A DNA stretch of 64,000 bases from Xylographa opegraphella (taxonomy: Eukaryota): positions 186,001 to 250,000 of the forward strand of contig JALDZX010000020.1 in the NCBI GenBank assembly GCA_022813865.1, given 5' to 3'. Below the pieces are notes generated by a model that saw only the letters and a list, made by a program, of their open reading frames with translations, had not been told where the DNA came from and did not search any database. Both the position numbers and the translations under genes were made by a program. Shown piece after piece: positions 48,323-60,213 of this stretch; the first letter of the stretch is position 1, and each line of letters begins with the position of its first letter.

Positions 48323-49213
48323 GACTGCAATCTACGATTCAGATACTTTTTTATAGAAGCAGACTCGGATAACAGTATCTGCTCCAGGTAGACAGTGCGT
48401 TGACGGATACAATGGTAGTCCGTGGAGTCGCAGCAGCTACTGCTTTACTGGGCTAAACTCGGGCTTATAGTTCTTCCACTGGCTAAGGAAGCGCTAGGCT
48501 CATTCAAGCCATGGTCGAGTACTAATGTTTGTAATTACCTTACCGTGGACTGGTATTGAAAGAAACTTATGAGAAATTCACGAGTCGAGGTGAGGACTGA
48601 GGAAAGTCCAGGTCCAATTGTGCCAGCACTATTCCGACCCGAAACCAATGTGCGCGGTTTGGGACAATATATTGCTCGAACACCTCGCTACTACAGCTTC
48701 CAGAGCAAACTGCAAACATCGGATTCGAAAAGAGTATCAAAGTGCCAGGTCTGTGAGGTTACAGATCGTCCCACAACGCATGTGTTGTCAGCATTCTCGC
48801 CATTACCAGCAGCCTTCGCTGCGTTCTGATGTTTTCTACTGCTCCGCAATCGTTTGTTTTTTCCCCAATGAACCTTTCCCCTGAGAGCGCCTATCTTGGT
48901 AATTACTTCAATCCTCGGGTTCTCCTAATTCTCAAGGCTGCATTAATGATGGGATTGGTCACCATGGTCATGATGTTGTGTTTCCGCGAATCTGCTTATC
49001 CTACTAGACCAGCTGTTGCGCTGGCTCCCGATATCCTTTCCGCTGTACTGATCAATGGAGTGTGCTGGTGCTGTCTTGAGGATCCTGTGCTTTCAGTATG
49101 GAGTAGTGGTTGGTGTATTGCTAATAGTGCTTTAGCGAGATGAGTATGGTGTATTGCTTCTGTTACTGATGAACCGCATGCTGCTTTAACCAGAGCAACT
49201 TCTCCCGACATGT

Positions 49214-49531
49214 TCAGAAATCACTGTCGTCGTCACTGCTATCGGCTTGAAATTCTTCCTGTCGTACACCTTCACATATACTCAGGATAACCAGATACTG
49301 AGGACTGTATATTTTGCGCCAACATGCCGATACCCACAGACCATTAATCATTCCCTCTTCCCTAGTTGTAAAGATCCCTTTGCCCAGCATGCTGCGATAC
49401 GCGTATTGGAGAGTTGACGCAGCTCGGATGGCAGCCAGGTGCGAACGGTACTCTGCGACAACTTGCTTATTCCGAGGTCTGAACTCGTCTGCTCCCGCTC
49501 GATGCTCTGAAATCAGGATGAAAACTTTCAT
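49214..49531 (-). CDS. Orphan hypothetical protein (~105 aa) with acidic C-terminus
   Basis: MKVFILISEHR..ADSSDDDSDF*; protein-like composition but no recognised family. Confidence 0.4.
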   Translation of the reverse strand: MKVFILISEHRAGADEFRPRNKQVVAEYRSHLAAIRAASTLQYAYRSMLGKGIFTTREEGMINGLWVSACWRKIYSPQYLVILSICEGVRQEEFQADSSDDDSDF

Positions 49532-50040
49532 GGGCACTGTGAGTATCCTGGGTATTTTGTTGATCAATCTACGACACTAACAATTTGCCAGGGAGCTTGA
49601 GACTTGGGACGGGATTTGGACTCTGATCCTTCGACGAACTTTCCCCATCTTTGGAGGCGATCTGCGATATCATATAGATCGTTCTAGGGTGTCTTACAGC
49701 CCTCCTATGCGGATACTAGGGAGAACCCAACAAAATTATTGTGAACCAAGAAAGGGTTTTAGTTTTGACAAAGAAAGGTAGCGACAAGGTTACAAAGACA
49801 CAAGGACTCATTTCTTTGTGGTCGAACAAAAGAGCATTGCCATTCCGACTGAACAAAGGACAAAGGACAACAAGAGCGTCGTCGAACAAGCACAATGTCT
49901 ACTCATTTGTGCCCATCAATGTCATCATTCAATGTACCTAGTTCTCGAATTTTATAGAAATACATTTTTGAGCCACCTTGATTACGTCTCCCGGCTTTAG
50001 TCCCTCACAACCTGACTCACTCAAACCAATCAGCCAGATC

Positions 50041-50367
50041 ATGATATGCTACATCATCGCCACCCCTGTGGGCAGCGACCAGATCACCCTTCGGTTTACG
50101 TTGTGCACAGACCCAAACTGCCCGAATCGCGCTCGTGTCTTGAGAGCTTGGGAACTACTTTATTACTATCTCTATGATGACCCGGCCGCCCCCTACATCA
50201 TCCAAGACGCAGCTAGCGCTCGTCCGACCGAATCTGCAATTCGACTATACTTCGAACTAGGCAGGGCAGATCGGGACCTTGTTTTGCAGGCTTTGATGGA
50301 ATGGATATCGGAATATTTGAGTGGATATCGGAATACTTGTCACGGTACACACAGCTCTAAATGTTAG
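50041..50367 (+). CDS. Orphan hypothetical protein (~108 aa)
   Basis: MICYIIATP..CTDPNCP..; preceded by a C/A-rich leader; no recognised family. Confidence 0.4.
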   Translation: MICYIIATPVGSDQITLRFTLCTDPNCPNRARVLRAWELLYYYLYDDPAAPYIIQDAASARPTESAIRLYFELGRADRDLVLQALMEWISEYLSGYRNTCHGTHSSKC

Positions 50368-51113
50368 ATAATTGCGGTGCTTCAGGAACCTACAAACTGC
50401 GTGACCAAGGCCGAAGTGAAAGGAGTGCAGGTTGATTATCGAGAAGAAAGCCGGGCTTCAAAGTAGTCGAAACAACCTAGTAGACTACCTACCCTCCTAC
50501 CTAAGGTACCTAGTTAAAGTACAGAGTAAAAAGTCCTTGCTCATCGAACCGCCTTGTTTCATGCGGGCTGGCTGGCCAGATCGTTATGCACGGATTAGAA
50601 TAGGGCTAACTTAGTATAGGACTAGGATAGAATCGCCAGCGTGCATAACCATACATAATTCTTAGCCTCGAACCGTCGAAGGGCGGAGAAAGGGCGAACT
50701 CACCTCTTTTCACCCTTCCGTCCAAATTTTGTTGTTGGAGTCGTAATTCACGAGAGATGGAATCCCGAGAGGTGACAACAGCTCCATGGCATCCAACAGA
50801 TGTTCATGTTGATGAGAACGTAACTCATCATTCAGCACGAGCGAGGAAGAAAGGCGAAGCAACACAGATTCCAGTCTACTTGATAACATTTTTCGAATAC
50901 GGGTGACCTGAACTCAATTTTCAGTGCGAAATTGATTCCGTACAAAAATATGTTCGAGCCGTCCAACACTGCTCCGCGTCTCTGAACTCCATTGAACCAC
51001 TTCTTGCAATATAGGAAGAATTGAGATTCGATCTTCATATTAGGACAAACCGTCTATCTGCCTTGTATGACTGAGACTGCAACACTTGACTATTTACAAC
51101 ACGTTTGTTGATA

Positions 51114-52865
51114 ATGTTTTCCCCGTCGTCCCCAGATAGCTTTGGTGCCTTGTTTGCGAATGCCGATAATTATGGCTGCGGATCTATTGCAGACTCTCTG
51201 AGTCAAGACAATCTCAAAAGCCCCACAGCCACGACTCCGACATTGAATCCGTCAGTCTATTGTGGCGTACCATCCGGTCTCTGCGAGGATTTTCCGGAAT
51301 TATTCGGCCCTTGGAACCCACCTGAAGGAACATTAGATGGCTACCAAGACCTGGCCATTCCAGAACCACAAAGTACATCGAATTCAGCCTCGAAATCTTC
51401 TGCGAATCCTTCGGAGGATTTTAAGTCGGTCAAACGAAGCAAGAGACCAGATACTCGCAACGGAGATATGTTCCGTATCAGCAAACGCCGTAATCGTGAC
51501 AGCACAAAGCGTGCCCAACATGAAACGTCGGACTCCCATTTACGATTCAATTTGCATCGACGTGAGAATACTACCCGAGAGGACGGAAGAATGTCACAGG
51601 CTGCGATCGCTGGTTGCCACCATTGGCTGCAGAGTCACCCGGGGATCATCCCTGGAGACGTCGAAATGGTCGGTTTACATCTCGCATATCACGCACCACT
51701 TGGTTCGGTACATCAGTGGTTTCGAAATCTGCAGCAATCGCAAAAGACCGTTAATCGGAGTAGTGGAAGTCCACCCATCTCCGGGTCTACTTTGACTCAA
51801 CCATATCGCCAAAATCGTAAAATCTGCTTCCGAAAAGGGCAACCAAGTAACGGACCACTAGTATGTCCCAACAAAGATCCCTCTAAACCCTACGTATGCA
51901 CCTCACGTTGCGGTAAATCATTCAGGAAGAAGGATAGTTGGAGAAAACACGAGGAGATCAATTTTCCGCATGAACTCTGGCTCTGCTCAGTAGGATCCTG
52001 CAAAGATAAACCTTCAAGTTCCCGGGTACGCTTTCGGAAGGATCATTTCAGAATACACTTACGGAAGTGTCATGATTACGGGAAGGTATTGGAGCGAGAT
52101 TTGCAGTCGTGTTGCTTTGCAATTGACAGTCTCTTTGATCGACGATGCATTTTCCAGAATTGCAGTGAGCATTTTAGGGACTGGAAGGACAGGATAGATC
52201 ATGTTGCCAAGGAGTTAGAGACCGACTGGATTCCGTCGGATTGGAGAGACATTGATGTGAGCGATCACACTGTCGAGCGTGAGGATACTCAAAGCGTATC
52301 AAGCAACGATTCAAGATCGGAATCAGGCTCCCATAGCACCTCCGAAAGCACGGATAGTGATAGCAATGATGATGATGACAACAATGACAACCATGGTTTG
52401 GAAGAAGATCCTGGTACCAACTCCGGTAGTGGTACCGGAGAAGACCCGGACCTCGAACCCAACTATGGAAATGGTACACAGACTCGGAACAATGGCAACC
52501 ACCAAGGCATGGTTCAGTACCACGGCCAATCATACTCATTGGGAAAGAATGAGTTATCATCTGCTGCAAAGCCAGAAGTAACGGTTGCTATACCACAAAG
52601 TGAATCGAGCAGTACCAACATATCAGTCGCCTTCTTAGACTCTCAATTGCAGCGCTTCTTATCATATTCACCTCTGCTCCAACAATACATCAGTTGTCCT
52701 CAAGCCTTTGAACAGGTGGCGTTGGGAATGCCTATAAAGAGGCAAGAGGCGACGAAAAGGCTACTAGGATCTTTAGGGAGTCGTCGTCTACTGCCCAGCA
52801 CACATACAAAGCTTGCGCTACCACTGCGAGCAAGGTATAATCCCCCTTTTTCTAATCAGTCATGA
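51114..52865 (+). CDS. Putative transcription factor: homeodomain-like helix region plus C2H2-type zinc fingers
   Basis: HHWLQSHP..P..EM..L..SVHQWFRN (homeobox-like); YVCTSRCGKSFRKKDSWRKHEEINFP; WLCSVGSC..FRKDHFRIHLRKCH; CIFQNCSEHFRDWKDRIDHV; acidic tract. The 3' end is uncertain. Confidence 0.75.
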   Translation: MFSPSSPDSFGALFANADNYGCGSIADSLSQDNLKSPTATTPTLNPSVYCGVPSGLCEDFPELFGPWNPPEGTLDGYQDLAIPEPQSTSNSASKSSANPSEDFKSVKRSKRPDTRNGDMFRISKRRNRDSTKRAQHETSDSHLRFNLHRRENTTREDGRMSQAAIAGCHHWLQSHPGIIPGDVEMVGLHLAYHAPLGSVHQWFRNLQQSQKTVNRSSGSPPISGSTLTQPYRQNRKICFRKGQPSNGPLVCPNKDPSKPYVCTSRCGKSFRKKDSWRKHEEINFPHELWLCSVGSCKDKPSSSRVRFRKDHFRIHLRKCHDYGKVLERDLQSCCFAIDSLFDRRCIFQNCSEHFRDWKDRIDHVAKELETDWIPSDWRDIDVSDHTVEREDTQSVSSNDSRSESGSHSTSESTDSDSNDDDDNNDNHGLEEDPGTNSGSGTGEDPDLEPNYGNGTQTRNNGNHQGMVQYHGQSYSLGKNELSSAAKPEVTVAIPQSESSSTNISVAFLDSQLQRFLSYSPLLQQYISCPQAFEQVALGMPIKRQEATKRLLGSLGSRRLLPSTHTKLALPLRARYNPPFSNQS

Positions 52866-53436
52866 AACCTGTTGACCGTTGTTCCCAAAGAATATTGTAG
52901 TGAAAGTTTCTCTTCCACGCGATTGTGGTGGGATCAGAGAAATTCGGACTGTTGATAATTCATATCGCCATCAGTAACACAGTGGTTATTGTATTAACCA
53001 GAAGAGAAGAGATATGGTGAGGACTTTTAGTGGTAGACCACCATCGTTGACCAGCGAGGAGCGAGCAGGATTTATAGATATGCAAGAAAAACATGACTGT
53101 TACTCCCATTGTAATGTACTCGATCATAGATGAAATGCAGTAGAGAATCGTGATCCTCCTTAGAGCGCAGTAAAGTAATCTAGCACAGACAAGCCTCCAT
53201 CCGTCAGCTCATCAATCGCCTGCTACCTTTACCACTAATCCAGCCGGGTTCAGCCCAGCACCTTCACTGACCTTTCCTCACGCCGTTACCAATAATATCC
53301 CGAAGCCGTCCTGCTTCTTTTCTCGACCATCCTGCTCCACGAATTCGTGCATCACCATCTTATGCTTATGCAGCTGGGTCCGCGGCTCAGGTTTGACATG
53401 ACCCCCGGACGATTCTCCACGCCCGTTGCCAATAAT

Positions 53437-54813
53437 TCAATCCTCCTCCTCTTCATAGCCCGAGCCTTCCTCTTCGCTGGAACTATCCTCATCGACAGCG
53501 CCTGTGTTGAGGGTAGAGCCCGGATCCACATCCCTCGAGAGCAAGTCCGACGATCGGAAACCGGAGGGGTCCGCTAGTCACATTGTCAGAGGGTCCACGA
53601 ACCAATACTGAGTGGCTTACCGATCAGGTCACTGAGCTCCACATAGACATCACTACCATTCCGCACCAACAGATCCCTATACTTCGCCTCACACAGCCTC
53701 CGCAGCAAGCTTGTGAACTGCGCAACCTCTGGTACTTCCCGCGCGTCGCAGTAGAAGGTACCGAAGAGGTGATCCCCGAAGACATAGCCCGCCGGGAACT
53801 TCAAATCGCCCAGCTCTTGCAGCAGGGCCTGCGGGTATCGTCTCCCCTTGTGGTGGCGAAGGCGTAGACATAGGAATGTCATCGTCAGGGGAAGCACCCA
53901 TTCGGGCCCGAAACACATGGCCAGATCTCGCAACGAGCGGACTCCGGACATGGTGATCAGCCAGACGTGCGCGAAGTACTTGGAGCGGAGTTCCTCCACG
54001 CGCTGGGACAAAGCCTTCTTTCCTTGGTCGACGCCGAGTTCCGGGAAGCGGTCGTACAGACCACCCTCTCTGAGCTGTTGGAGGCCGGCGACGCTGAAGC
54101 AGCCTTCGTTGTCGATTGCGCCGTGGACGAGATACTCATCACTATACTTACCATGTGGCAGCTCCCCTTCGCTCGGTATCTCATAGGCTCGAAGCAGCGT
54201 TGCGGCTGGGAAGACAGAGGCCTTTGTCAGTTTTCGTGTGTTGAGCACGTAAACGCAGACGATGGCCTCGTGTTGATACTCGGTTTTCCGCGTTGCGTCG
54301 AGGAGAATGAAGAGCAGCGAGCTGGACCAGGAGCCAAATTCGGACATGCATGTGTTTTTGTCGATGATGTGGGCTTTGAGCATCGCTTTGGCTTCAGGAA
54401 GAGGGATATCTAGGATGCTGTTATGGTAGCTGCTGGCTTGTGTGGGACGACGCATGATAGGATTCCTCGACTTAGTGCCACTTGGGCGATTGAATGATGC
54501 TCGGAATAGGTAATAAGGCAGATTCCTCCTCTAATCTGGGATATCATATATATCAGAAGGCGGAGGCCAATCGTTGAAATAAAGAAACACTAGGATAGCA
54601 CGAACCTTTGAGCTCGAACAGTGGATGCACCGCATCAGACAGGTTCAAGGCTTCGCAGTTCCAAAGCTCCGTGGAAGTGAGATTGTTATGCTTTTCAGTA
54701 GATAGTGGTTCGTAGGTAGGGCAATGCCTTGCATATACAAACTTGTCTGGGTTCAGTAACACTGCCGCTGATGGAGAGGACGCACTACTCGAAACAGATG
54801 ATGCATACGACAT
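53437..54813 (-). pseudogene. Putative ADP-ribosyltransferase-fold (DUF7587-like) gene with an in-frame TAG at 54533-54531; pseudogene or recoded gene
   Basis: Motifs LPYYLFRA, SEFGSWSSSLLF and SDEYLVHG; introns at 54605-54536 and ~53620-53574. The first-AG splice gives AAA G|AT TAG AGG in frame. Confidence 0.55.
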
Positions 54814-55309
54814 CTTGACGAAAGTACGAGAAGGATGAAGACGAATGGAGATGGTGGAAGGAAGGAGACTGCTGAACATGAGGTGTGCTCGAAACGCAAC
54901 TGTTGACACCAGTGCGATCCTATGACTAGCAGAACGCACATTCATATATACGCGGTGTTGAAACACGAAGAGACCCCTGTGCTGCCATGGGTACCGGACT
55001 GCAAGATCATGTGCAGGAAGTACCGAACTAACAGGCAATCGATCGAAAGCATGCTACCCCATACTATCGAAAGATGAACGCAGGGCAAGATCGGAGACGT
55101 TGCTCTGCGAAGGTGTCAACTGATACATGCACAGGTAGCATGACTTGCTATACACTTTTGCAAAACCACGGCTTTGCTATGAGAATGAACAGATACCATG
55201 AATAATCACCGTGACCTATCCCTGCACGAGCATTGAGCCTTTGCTATAGTCCATTTTTGAACATATCATTCTGTCGTCTCAAGCACAATCTATGGTATAT
55301 TGTTCCCCA

Positions 55310-56376
55310 TCAGAATGTCTCCAAATCATCTTGTACTGCTCCCTCTTCCGCTTCCGCCGGTATCTCAAACCCCTCCTACAATATCTGATTAGCACGCGAA
55401 GACTGAGGACACCGCCCGCTCCAACCTACCTCTGTAGAATACAAGATCGCCTGTATCTGCTTTACCAAACCATCATCATCCGCATCAACTTTTGGATCCA
55501 GCTCAATCGCTTGCTGAATCAAAAGCTCAATGTCCCGCAACTTGCTAAAATAGAAATCCCTCTCCCTTTCTAACCCTGTCACCGTCTCCTTCAACTGTGT
55601 ATTCTCTTGCGAAAGCGCCGATGTTGCAGCTCCACCTCCAGCTGGTCTCATAGGTCGTGTAGCTGAGGCCGTGGTAGGTGTAGTTCCTCTTCTTGCAGCT
55701 CCCGCGCCAGACGTACGAGCAGCAGGCGCTGGGGGACCACTGGCAGGGGGAGCGCCGGAAGCTTTTCGTCTGCCAAGCGCGTCGTAGTCTCCGCCAGGAT
55801 AGTATTGATCCCAGAAGCGCTTCGTCCACTGTAGGAACTCAAGGTTGTCTTGCATTTTGCATTTGATAAGTGCTTCGACAGGGACGGAACGCTCTATCTG
55901 GTGGCGCGTGAAGCAGTCTGGGGGCCAGCATGTGAGCTGAAATGCTTACAGAGAAGGCAGAGACATACTTTGAAGGATCTTGAAGTTTTGAAGATAGGCA
56001 TACTCAGTATTGACATTGAACTTGACTCTGCCCATAGGTACGTCCTCTGGGGGAGGTCAGCAAAATCCGTGAGAAGAAGCCAGGCGTTTTAGACCGTACG
56101 GAAGATACTATCATAGATCTGACATAGTGCTGCTCTGTTCGATACTCCCGTCAGCGTCCGGCATATCTGTTTCTGTAACAGCGCCCACATTGCGCTTCCA
56201 TTGCGTATCGGGGCCTGTCCCAATTACATACCCAGTCCCACATTGTTCAACCTTGGTAACGTTGAGCTGAAGTAGGTCGTTGATCCATGCCAATAGCTCT
56301 CCTCTATGCGACAATTAAATTAGTCTTTGGCCAGGCTGCGAAAGTAAACAAAAGAGAGGCACCTTGATTCACCCAT
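55310..56376 (-). CDS. BIM1: Microtubule plus-end tracking protein EB1 (Bim1/Mal3)
   Basis: MGES|RGELLAWINDLLQLNVTKVEQCGTG; KMQDNLEFLQW; LERERDFYFSKLRDIE; ILYSTE|EGFEIP..DDLETF*. Confidence 0.96.
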
Positions 56377-56976
56377 TTTGGGGTGCGTGTGATGGTCTTT
56401 ACCAGCTGGAGAAAATTGTGTTGAGACCGAGCCTCGACTGAGAGGGGTAACACGATAGGCAAGGAGAACAGCGCCGCAAGATATGGAAGTCCACTCTTTA
56501 CATGGATCTGCACACTCCGAGTAATAGTTGCGAGTGCAAACACCGAGCGCGAAAACATATCCCCGAGACTATTACTACGCGAGGGCTAGGTGAAAGGGGC
56601 TAAATTATTATGCGTCGGTCAACGATTGTTTCATTTACCAACTACGAATATCACATCATCGTAGCGCGTGGTGTAATGGTCATAAATGGTTCACAGCTAG
56701 GATTCTGCTCTCAGGATGCTTGGTGTCCAATTAAGACCTTACTATACAACGAGGTCGTGGATTTCGTACAATGATTTCGTACCATATCCGAGAGCAAATT
56801 TCCAGAAGTCCCGGCAGGAACTCTTGCCCAACATGAAGTTGATATGTCACAACTCGTGTGTAAGTAGTGGAAAGAAATTCGTATAAGGACCCCTTCGCAG
56901 ATGCAACGCCATCTCCGAAGCGGACGCATGTCTTCTACCGCTAAATGCTAGAAAAGTTGTAATGGTATGCAGTCAT

Positions 56977-59148
56977 TCATCCTTCAAGCAATTCAATACC
57001 AGGTAGTAAGTGGCCGAAATCCATGATTACTGCCCGGCTGTCCTGACTGGTGGCAACGATCCGACGATAATCTGCCTTGGCACTGAGCATCCAGCTTGTT
57101 GTCCAGCCTCTGAAGTCACAGATTAGGTCCCCAGTGTTCAGGTCGTATGCTTTGACACTTGTGTCGTAGCTCCCACTGATCACCCTGCCGTTCGCACTGT
57201 CGAGATGTAAAGAGCGAACAAGGCCCTCGTGGCCTTTCAGCTCCCTGACAAGCTCGCCACTGTTCGCGTCGAAATGGTAGATAACCTGATCGTTGCCTCC
57301 AGCCAAAATGGTTCTTGAATCAGGGCTGAATTCCACGCAAGCCAGCCCGCGATGTTTGCTGGGAAATTCCTTGACGCAGAGCCCAGACGTTAAATTCCAG
57401 AGCTTTGCGATCCCATCACCACTTGCCGATACGATCAGGTCACCTCGAAGTTGGACTGCGTTGACAGGTCCACGATGACCCACCAAGGTACGGCGCAGTT
57501 CACCAGTTTCACGATCCCATACACAAATCGTGGTATCCTTAGAGCAGGATACAATGTGATTATCGTCAAAGCAAACATCAAGGACACCGGCGCTATGATG
57601 GCGGAGTCTTCTTACCGCTTTGTAGTCGTCCTTAATATCCCAGACTATGCATGTGTTGTCTGAAGATCCGGTAACCATGATATCGTGATCGAATTGCAAA
57701 CATAGAATTGATCCCTCATGATATATTGACGGAATTACCGTCTGAATAGGATCTGTTGTTTCCCTCACAGGAATCATTGAAATCATTGGTGCGTAGACAC
57801 GATCGGCAGGACTCCACATTGGCTCTTCGAATTCCGGTATGTTTCCGTCCTTCGACACCCCGAGAACTTTGATACACTTATAAGTGCGTGTATCCCAAAC
57901 CCTGATTGTGCGATCCCGGGAACCAGTAAGTATTTTGTCCCTTGTGTAAGTCAGTATGTGAGTCTCCTGTAGATGGAAGTTCTTACTCGTCGAATTGAAC
58001 GCAATAGACGCTATCTCGATGACCCTCGAGATAAATAGCGGCTGCCCGAGCATACGTCCATCGTGCTTGAAGCGCTTTTCGGACCTTCCACAATTGTTTC
58101 CAGTCCTGATCCGGTTTTCTCTTGCCCAACCCCATACCACCATTATGCGAAAGATACTCTTTCCCTGGCGACGATGAGATTTCAAGGCCATATTCTCGAC
58201 CAAAGATATATTTCCATGTGTGGTAAGAACTTGCTGTGCTATTCCAACGACGAGATACCAGCTCGGCATTCATAAGCGAGTCGGCATCGAGAAACGACAT
58301 AACGTGCCCCAGCAGTTCCTCGGGAAGGATCACACTAGGGTCTACTCAGTTTGTCATTAGTTGCTGTAAATTCATGTTGGGAAAGGTTACACACCCGTTC
58401 GCATGATAGGTAGCGTAAGGTCCACGTCATCGGAAGATTCTCTGAGCTCTATCCCGATCCCAGATTCCGAATCGTTGGATGCTTTGAGCTGAAAGAGTCT
58501 CAAATTGTCTTGCATTGTCGAAAAGCGTGCTGACTCAAGAAGCTCATTTTGGGCCGCAGCAGCTGCCCGAGCAGCCGCACCTCCTGGAGGATTCCGTGGA
58601 TGATTCAGAATATCCATGTCTAGTTGAGGAGTACGTGGAGTCGTAGTACTCATATAATGCTTGTTGATCCGCTGGGCAAATGGGCAAGAATTTGAAGGTC
58701 GCCTATGTCGTCGGAAAGTTGTGCTCACAGTGCGCCTAAGCCAGCTTGAAGCACATGTATCGGCCTTTTTCACAGTGCCTTCAGTTTCCGCAGTGTAGCC
58801 CGGAGTGCCTAATGTATTCAGGGAATAGTCCTGTAGTGTGAAAGTTGTCCGTCTTTCTGAAAGTGAGCGATTGCCTTGTAATTTCCTATAACGTTCTGTG
58901 CGACTTTTTTGGGCTCGGACCGCTGCCGGGTCTGCCTCCACGGTTTTAGGGTCTTGTACACCATCATTATCTTCTATTATATCACAACCGTAGATAGCGT
59001 GCTCAAGGTCATGTGGCTCGGCGCAGGTCCGCTCGGCATTCAGACTGTGTTCCTGAACATCCTCTCTATCTTGACAGAAGACCATGCACCTTTGAAGTCT
59101 GCGCAGAACTGAGAGGTTCCTACCCCGAGGAGCAAAATCATCACCCAT
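56977..59148 (-). CDS. F-box/WD40 protein, beta-TrCP/FWD-1/Pof11-like (5' end uncertain)
   Basis: F-box LPEELLGHVMSFLD..VSRRW; LEGHRDSVYCVQFDE; multiple WD40 repeats (TGSRDRTIRVWD, GHRGPVNAVQL, RGLACVEF). Confidence 0.88.
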
Positions 59149-59718
59149 GTCGTCAATTCTCTGTTGTTGGCGACTTTTCTCCTCCCAACACACTGAAAGA
59201 GTCAATACTCGATACCTGGTAGTGAAGAGTCAGTCAACGGAGATATAGCATTGGTTCTTGATAGATTCGCTACAGCGTCGTCCGTATAATGAACTAACAA
59301 ATACTTACGGATTATGAACAGATCACGCGCCCAGCGGGAGGGAACAGGAATGGTTTCAGACAGGTATGTTGGATGTGGGCAGCCATCATTGCTTCCTGGA
59401 AACGATACTCATAGCTTGCTATAGACGATACACGATGTGAAGAAATGGGAGAAATCTCAGCAATATTGGATCGTTGAAAGAACTTTGTTGACAAATAATA
59501 CCAAACACATGCCAAACGCTATGTTTAGAGCGGGATCCAGTAAAGGGGCAAGGGTCTTCAGCCTCAATTTTCGCCTTCGGCGCATTCCGAAGCTCACCTC
59601 CTCGCACGTAATTCTTACCAAAGCAACCGAGGAAACTGCTCCGCCTCGGTTCCTCGACGAATTAATCAGAACAGACTCGAAGAAAGGGATCTATAGTTCC
59701 TAGAGCTTTCTCATCATA

Positions 59719-60213
59719 ATGGCTATGTCCACCGCGAAGGCTATTCAGAAAGATATCCCGTTCTGGTATCGATGCTTCTTTCTTTACATCGAGCCTCTTT
59801 CCACGGTAGTTGGTGCCTACTACGCCTGCTTCCAGCAGCAAAAGTACCTCGATCTCACCCATGGACTTTCAGCTCCCCTCACCGGCATTCCGACTAGTAC
59901 CTCGATAGTTCTTGATCAGCTTGCCAACCTGTACCTCCTCTTTGCTTTAAATGAAGGACTTGTTCTGCGATCGACCTCCGATCAGCGAGTGTGGCGAACT
60001 ATGCTGTTCTGCTTGCTACTTGCGGATATTGGTCATCTTTACAGTGTTAGAGCCCTTGGAGTTCAGGTTTACTGGAATGTAGCCAAGTGGAATGCTATCG
60101 ATTGGGGAAACATCGGCTTCGTGTATGGTGGAGCGGCAACGAGAATCTCTTTTCTGCTAGGCATTGGGTTTTCGCCACGGCCTGTAAATCGCAGACGCAG
60201 GACTAAGGCCTAA
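59719..60213 (+). CDS. Small multi-pass membrane protein, conserved fungal hypothetical
   Basis: IPFWYRCFFLYIEP; QLANLYLLFALNEGLVLR; VWRTMLFCLLLADIGHL; about 4 hydrophobic segments. Confidence 0.8.
   Translation: MAMSTAKAIQKDIPFWYRCFFLYIEPLSTVVGAYYACFQQQKYLDLTHGLSAPLTGIPTSTSIVLDQLANLYLLFALNEGLVLRSTSDQRVWRTMLFCLLLADIGHLYSVRALGVQVYWNVAKWNAIDWGNIGFVYGGAATRISFLLGIGFSPRPVNRRRRTKA

Noticed and set aside
50478..50515. TACCTACC/TAGGTA-type low-complexity tracts (also ~9322-9345 and ~44630)
   Set aside because: These are common intergenic simple sequences in filamentous ascomycetes, and no specific function can be supported.
7347..56376. Alpha-tubulin with EB1, and three ubiquitin-ligase adaptor genes, in one window as functional clusters
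   Set aside because: They are tens of kb apart and separated by unrelated genes, which is consistent with chance.
56662..56710. tRNA-like start (GCGCGTGGTGTAATGGT, A-box-like)
   Set aside because: No anticodon arm, GTTCRA T-loop or matching acceptor stem follows.
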